From Alphaproteobacteria bacterium (GTDB lineage Bacteria; Pseudomonadota; Alphaproteobacteria; G965222575): a stretch of 64,000 nt of DNA. The stretch's first letter is position 1; every line of letters starts with the position of its first letter. The translations under genes were made by a program, and so were the position numbers. The notes under the pieces were generated by a model. It saw only the letters and a list, made by a program, of their open reading frames with translations. It had not been told where the DNA came from and made no database searches. Below, piece by piece: positions 60,450 to 64,000 of this stretch. The stretch is from contig OZ244958.1 of the NCBI GenBank assembly GCA_965222575.1, positions 864,001 to 928,000 on the forward strand, in the 5' to 3' direction.

Positions 60450-62411
60450 ATGGAAGAGAGGCAAGATTTTCTTTTAGAGATTCTCTGTGAGGAGATTCCC
60501 TATCGGTTGCAATTTTGGGGGGAAAAAGCGGTGAAGCAAGCTGTTTGTGGTGTGTTGGACGGCCATAAGATTTCTTATGGAAGGGTACAGGTCTTTTCCA
60601 CGCCGCGGCGGATAGGATTACATATTGAACAAGTAGAAACAACGCTACCGCCCTGTACACATGAGGTGCGTGGCCCGCGCCTAACAGCTGCTAAAGAGAT
60701 ACAGGAGAAGTTTGCGCAAAAATGGCAAGGGTATCAGTTAACAGAAAAAAACGGGTATACAGTTGCCCTACAAAAACCCATGCGTGTCCTTGTGAAGGAG
60801 GTGTTATCAGGCAATCTCAAGGAGGCGTTGAGCAAGAGTGCTCCGCCCCTTACCATGAAATGGCCCGGAAGCACTATACCATGGCCGCGTCCTATAAGAG
60901 GGATTGTTTGCTTATTAGGGAAGGACATTGTCGCACTGTCCTTAGGCTCTTTGAAAGCCAATCGTATGACAAAAGGGCACCGTTTGAGAGGCTATCAGTC
61001 GGTGAGACTTGCTTCGGCCAACAGACAAGATTATGTCACAGCCTTATTAGAGGCAGGGGTTATGGTCTCGCGGTGTGCACGAAAAGCGTTGATTGTCAAA
61101 GAATTAGGGAAGCACGCCTCTGAAGAGGCTTTGTTGGAGGAGGTGAGCTGTCTGGTGGAATACCCGCATGTTGTGCGTGGTAAGCTTGAGAGTGCACATT
61201 TGTCTCTCCCTGAGGAACTCCAAGGCGTGATAGCCAAGCACCAGAAGTCGTTTTTATCCTTGAATTGTTTTGCGACTGTCGCTGATATCTGTCCGAAAAG
61301 TCAAGTGCGAGAGAAAGAAATCACTAACGGGTATAAACGCGTGCTACAAGCACGGCTAAAAGATGCCTTGTTTTTTTGTGAACAGGACAGAAAAAAACGT
61401 CTCAAGGACTATCTATCAGACCTGAAAATGCGGCAGTTTTATCATAAGCTTGGGAGCTTATACGAAAAATCTTTACGGATAGAAGCCCTCAGTAAAGCCT
61501 TAGGCAAAGCCTTAGGTCTGTCAAAGCAAAAGTGTGCCCAGTTGTCAAAAGCCGCCTTATTGTGTAAGGCAGACCTTGCAACCCAACTAGTAGGAGAGTT
61601 TCCGTCTTTACAAGGGAGTGGGGGGGCATTCTATGGTTCCCATGAGGGGCTAGAGGAAGAGATACTTGCTACTATGAGAAGTCATTATCAAGCGTTGCCC
61701 TCTTGTTTACTAGGATGTGTTCTGTCCGTTGCCGATAAGCTTGACACAATTGTGGGGCTTTGGTCTGTTGGGCAACAGCCTACTGGGTCTAAAGACCCTT
61801 TAGCCCTTAGACGCAAAGCCCTTGGGGTTATCAACATCCTAGCACACACAAGGTGGCAACACTCCATAGAAAGCCTGATAAACCTAGCTTGGAGGGGGTA
61901 CAATCATGGGCAACTTGATAGGGCTTTATTGCTTGCGTTTTTCAAGGACAGAGTACTTGGGTACTTAAAATCTCAGGGGTATGCGTTAGGGTGGATACGT
62001 TGTGCTATGAAGACGCCTTCTAACAGGTCTCTTCCGCTTTTCAGGATTTTGGCACTTTTGGAGTCTTATGACACCATAGCACCGCCACAGGATAAGCTTA
62101 TAAAAATCAGCAAACGTGTGTCTTTTTTCAGGTCTCAATTTACTGCTCTTGCGCCTCCTCAAGAGAACTTGTTAAAGGAGCCGGGTGAGAAGGCCTTGTT
62201 TGAAGCGTTATCAACAAGTGCAAGACGCCTCAAGAGTCATGACATAGCAGAAGCCTTTGCAATTTTGACAGAACTCTCTTGCTCTGTGGAGGTATTTTTG
62301 GATACAGTAAAAATTCAGATACCGGATGAACAATTATCAAACAATCGCCTATCATTGTTAAAATCTGTGGAAGAATTGATAAGGCCTTATGGGGAGTTTA
62401 CAGAGTGGTGA
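60450..62411 (+). CDS. glyS: Glycine--tRNA ligase beta subunit
   Basis: FLLEILCEEIP, TPRRI, EFPSLQG, PTGSKDPLALRR, NNRLSLL. Confidence 0.93.
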   Translation: MEERQDFLLEILCEEIPYRLQFWGEKAVKQAVCGVLDGHKISYGRVQVFSTPRRIGLHIEQVETTLPPCTHEVRGPRLTAAKEIQEKFAQKWQGYQLTEKNGYTVALQKPMRVLVKEVLSGNLKEALSKSAPPLTMKWPGSTIPWPRPIRGIVCLLGKDIVALSLGSLKANRMTKGHRLRGYQSVRLASANRQDYVTALLEAGVMVSRCARKALIVKELGKHASEEALLEEVSCLVEYPHVVRGKLESAHLSLPEELQGVIAKHQKSFLSLNCFATVADICPKSQVREKEITNGYKRVLQARLKDALFFCEQDRKKRLKDYLSDLKMRQFYHKLGSLYEKSLRIEALSKALGKALGLSKQKCAQLSKAALLCKADLATQLVGEFPSLQGSGGAFYGSHEGLEEEILATMRSHYQALPSCLLGCVLSVADKLDTIVGLWSVGQQPTGSKDPLALRRKALGVINILAHTRWQHSIESLINLAWRGYNHGQLDRALLLAFFKDRVLGYLKSQGYALGWIRCAMKTPSNRSLPLFRILALLESYDTIAPPQDKLIKISKRVSFFRSQFTALAPPQENLLKEPGEKALFEALSTSARRLKSHDIAEAFAILTELSCSVEVFLDTVKIQIPDEQLSNNRLSLLKSVEELIRPYGEFTEW

Positions 62412-62420
62412 TGGAGAAGC

Positions 62421-64000
62421 ATGAGCAAGAAGAGTAAGTGGATTTATACCTTTAGCGAGGAGGGCTCTTGTGGTAGTGCTGGTATGGCAGAGATTCTAGG
62501 GGTGAAGGGTGCCAATTTAGCGCAAATGTGTCTGTTGCATCTTCCCGTTCCGCCCGGTTTTACCATTAGCACGGATGTGTGCAATGTCTATTATGCCAAT
62601 GAAAGAAAGCTATCGAAAGAGTATATCGAGGCGATTAAGGCTTCCCTGAGTTTTATTGAGTCCAAAAGTTCACGAGTATTTGGAGATGTGAACAATCCTT
62701 TATTGCTATCGGTTCGTTCTGGGGCAGCGGTTTCCATGCCGGGCATGATGGATACGATTTTGAATTTGGGTCTTAATGAGGAGACAACAGAGGGGTTAGG
62801 GAGAAAAACAGGGAATCGTCGCTTTGCCTTGGACAGCCGGCGCCGATTTATACAGATGTATAGCACAGTTGTTGAAGGCATAAGAGGAGACCGTTTTGAG
62901 GAGATTCTCAACAGAGTGAAATTAGAGAAGGGGATTTTAGTTGATGGAGAGTTAGGAGAAGCGGAATTAGAAGAGATAATAGAAGAGTATTTATCGTTGG
63001 TAGAGGAGACGACGGGGGCATCATTTGAAGAGGATGTTTTGCAGCAGCTTTTAGGAGCCATTGGTGCGGTTTTTGACTCTTGGATGAGTGATAGAGCCAA
63101 GCAATATCGTTTACTGCATAAGATTTCCTCGACGACAAAGACAAGTGTGACTGTTCAAGCTATGGTCTTTGGGAATCTCGGCAAGACCTCTGCCACAGGT
63201 GTTGCCTTCAGTCGCAATCCTTCTACAGGAGAGAAAGAGCTGTACGGAGAATTTTTGGTGAATGCCCAAGGGGAAGATATTGTCTCTGGAGCTCGCACGC
63301 CTATGAGTTTACAAGCTAAGGAGGGAGGAGCGCTGTCTCTTGAGGTGATGATGCCTTCTTCTTATGAGGCTCTTCAGAAGATTTGTTCTATCCTTGAGTT
63401 CTATTACAAGGACATGCAGGATATGGAGTTTACCATAGAGGAAGGGAAGCTTTGGATGTTGCAAACGCGTGAGGGGAAAAGGACCATAGGGTCTGCGTTA
63501 CAGAGTGCTCTTGATATGGTATCGGAAGGCTTGATTACCAAGGAGGAAGCACTATTACGTTTACCGGCGGAGCAGTTGGGTCATTTATTTCACCATCAGG
63601 TATCTGGAGAGGAGGAGAGGATGGTGGTTGGTCGAGGGTTGCCTGCGAGTCCTGGAGCGGCGCGTGGGCGGATTGTTTTTTCTGCACTTCGAGCCATGGA
63701 AGCGTCTAAGGAAGGAGAGGAAGTGATTTTATTTCGTTCTGAGACGTCTCCTGAAGACATAGGAGGCATGGCAGCGGCGTGCGGAATAGTGACGAGTTGC
63801 GGTGGTATGACGAGTCATGCTGCGGTGGTAGCGCGAGGAATGGGGAAGCCTTGTATTGTGGGGGCCAGTGATATTTCCATTGATGTGGAGAGGAAAAAGG
63901 TGATTACGGCGCGTGGTGATGTGTTGGAGGAAGGGGCTTTTGTGACGATAGACTCTCAGAGAGGAGAGATTATGCTTGGGTTGCTGAAGATGGAGACGCC
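62421..64000 (+). CDS. ppdK: Pyruvate phosphate dikinase, 5' part (runs off window end)
   Basis: Manual translation MSKKSKWIYTF...LGVKGANLAQM..LPVPPGFTI, PLLLSVRSGA.VSMPGMMDT, phospho-His motif GGMTSHAAVVARGMG; glyQS-ppdK synteny. Confidence 0.94.
   Translation, partial: MSKKSKWIYTFSEEGSCGSAGMAEILGVKGANLAQMCLLHLPVPPGFTISTDVCNVYYANERKLSKEYIEAIKASLSFIESKSSRVFGDVNNPLLLSVRSGAAVSMPGMMDTILNLGLNEETTEGLGRKTGNRRFALDSRRRFIQMYSTVVEGIRGDRFEEILNRVKLEKGILVDGELGEAELEEIIEEYLSLVEETTGASFEEDVLQQLLGAIGAVFDSWMSDRAKQYRLLHKISSTTKTSVTVQAMVFGNLGKTSATGVAFSRNPSTGEKELYGEFLVNAQGEDIVSGARTPMSLQAKEGGALSLEVMMPSSYEALQKICSILEFYYKDMQDMEFTIEEGKLWMLQTREGKRTIGSALQSALDMVSEGLITKEEALLRLPAEQLGHLFHHQVSGEEERMVVGRGLPASPGAARGRIVFSALRAMEASKEGEEVILFRSETSPEDIGGMAAACGIVTSCGGMTSHAAVVARGMGKPCIVGASDISIDVERKKVITARGDVLEEGAFVTIDSQRGEIMLGLLKMET

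Noticed and set aside
62591..63144. Minus-strand ORFs of 169 and 78 aa near the window end
   Set aside because: They are antisense to ppdK, which is clearly the coding frame.

Overview
The window is a compact alphaproteobacterial core-genome segment, probably from a divergent, host-associated lineage. It runs fumC (partial), rnhA, ahcY, dnaG, rpoD, tRNA-Arg(CCT); then secE-nusG-rplKAJL-rpoBC, the str/S10/spc/alpha ribosomal clusters, an HtrA/DegP protease, a RluA-family synthase, folK, thrS-acnA-dadA, metG-holB-dacA-cytochrome c, trpS-fba-thiE-mutY and glyQS-ppdK (partial). The only accessory region is a 6.6 kb minus-strand array of five ankyrin-repeat genes (6437-12996) between tRNA-Arg and secE, with about 49 repeats counted from the translations. 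The repeats have a near-invariant scaffold and variable binding-surface residues. The genes share a C-terminal cap and a repeated spacer carrying a putative leaderless promoter, but have different N-terminal modules. The two upstream genes are intact and share an identical signal peptide and a near-identical promoter, while the three downstream genes are interrupted. This layout suggests a recombination-diversified binding-protein repertoire (inference). Other oddities are active-site substitutions in AhcY and MutY, an atypical ThrS, in-gene tandem repeats, missing usual neighbours (tmk, tRNA-Trp, L10 leader) and a patchy G/T versus C/A strand bias.
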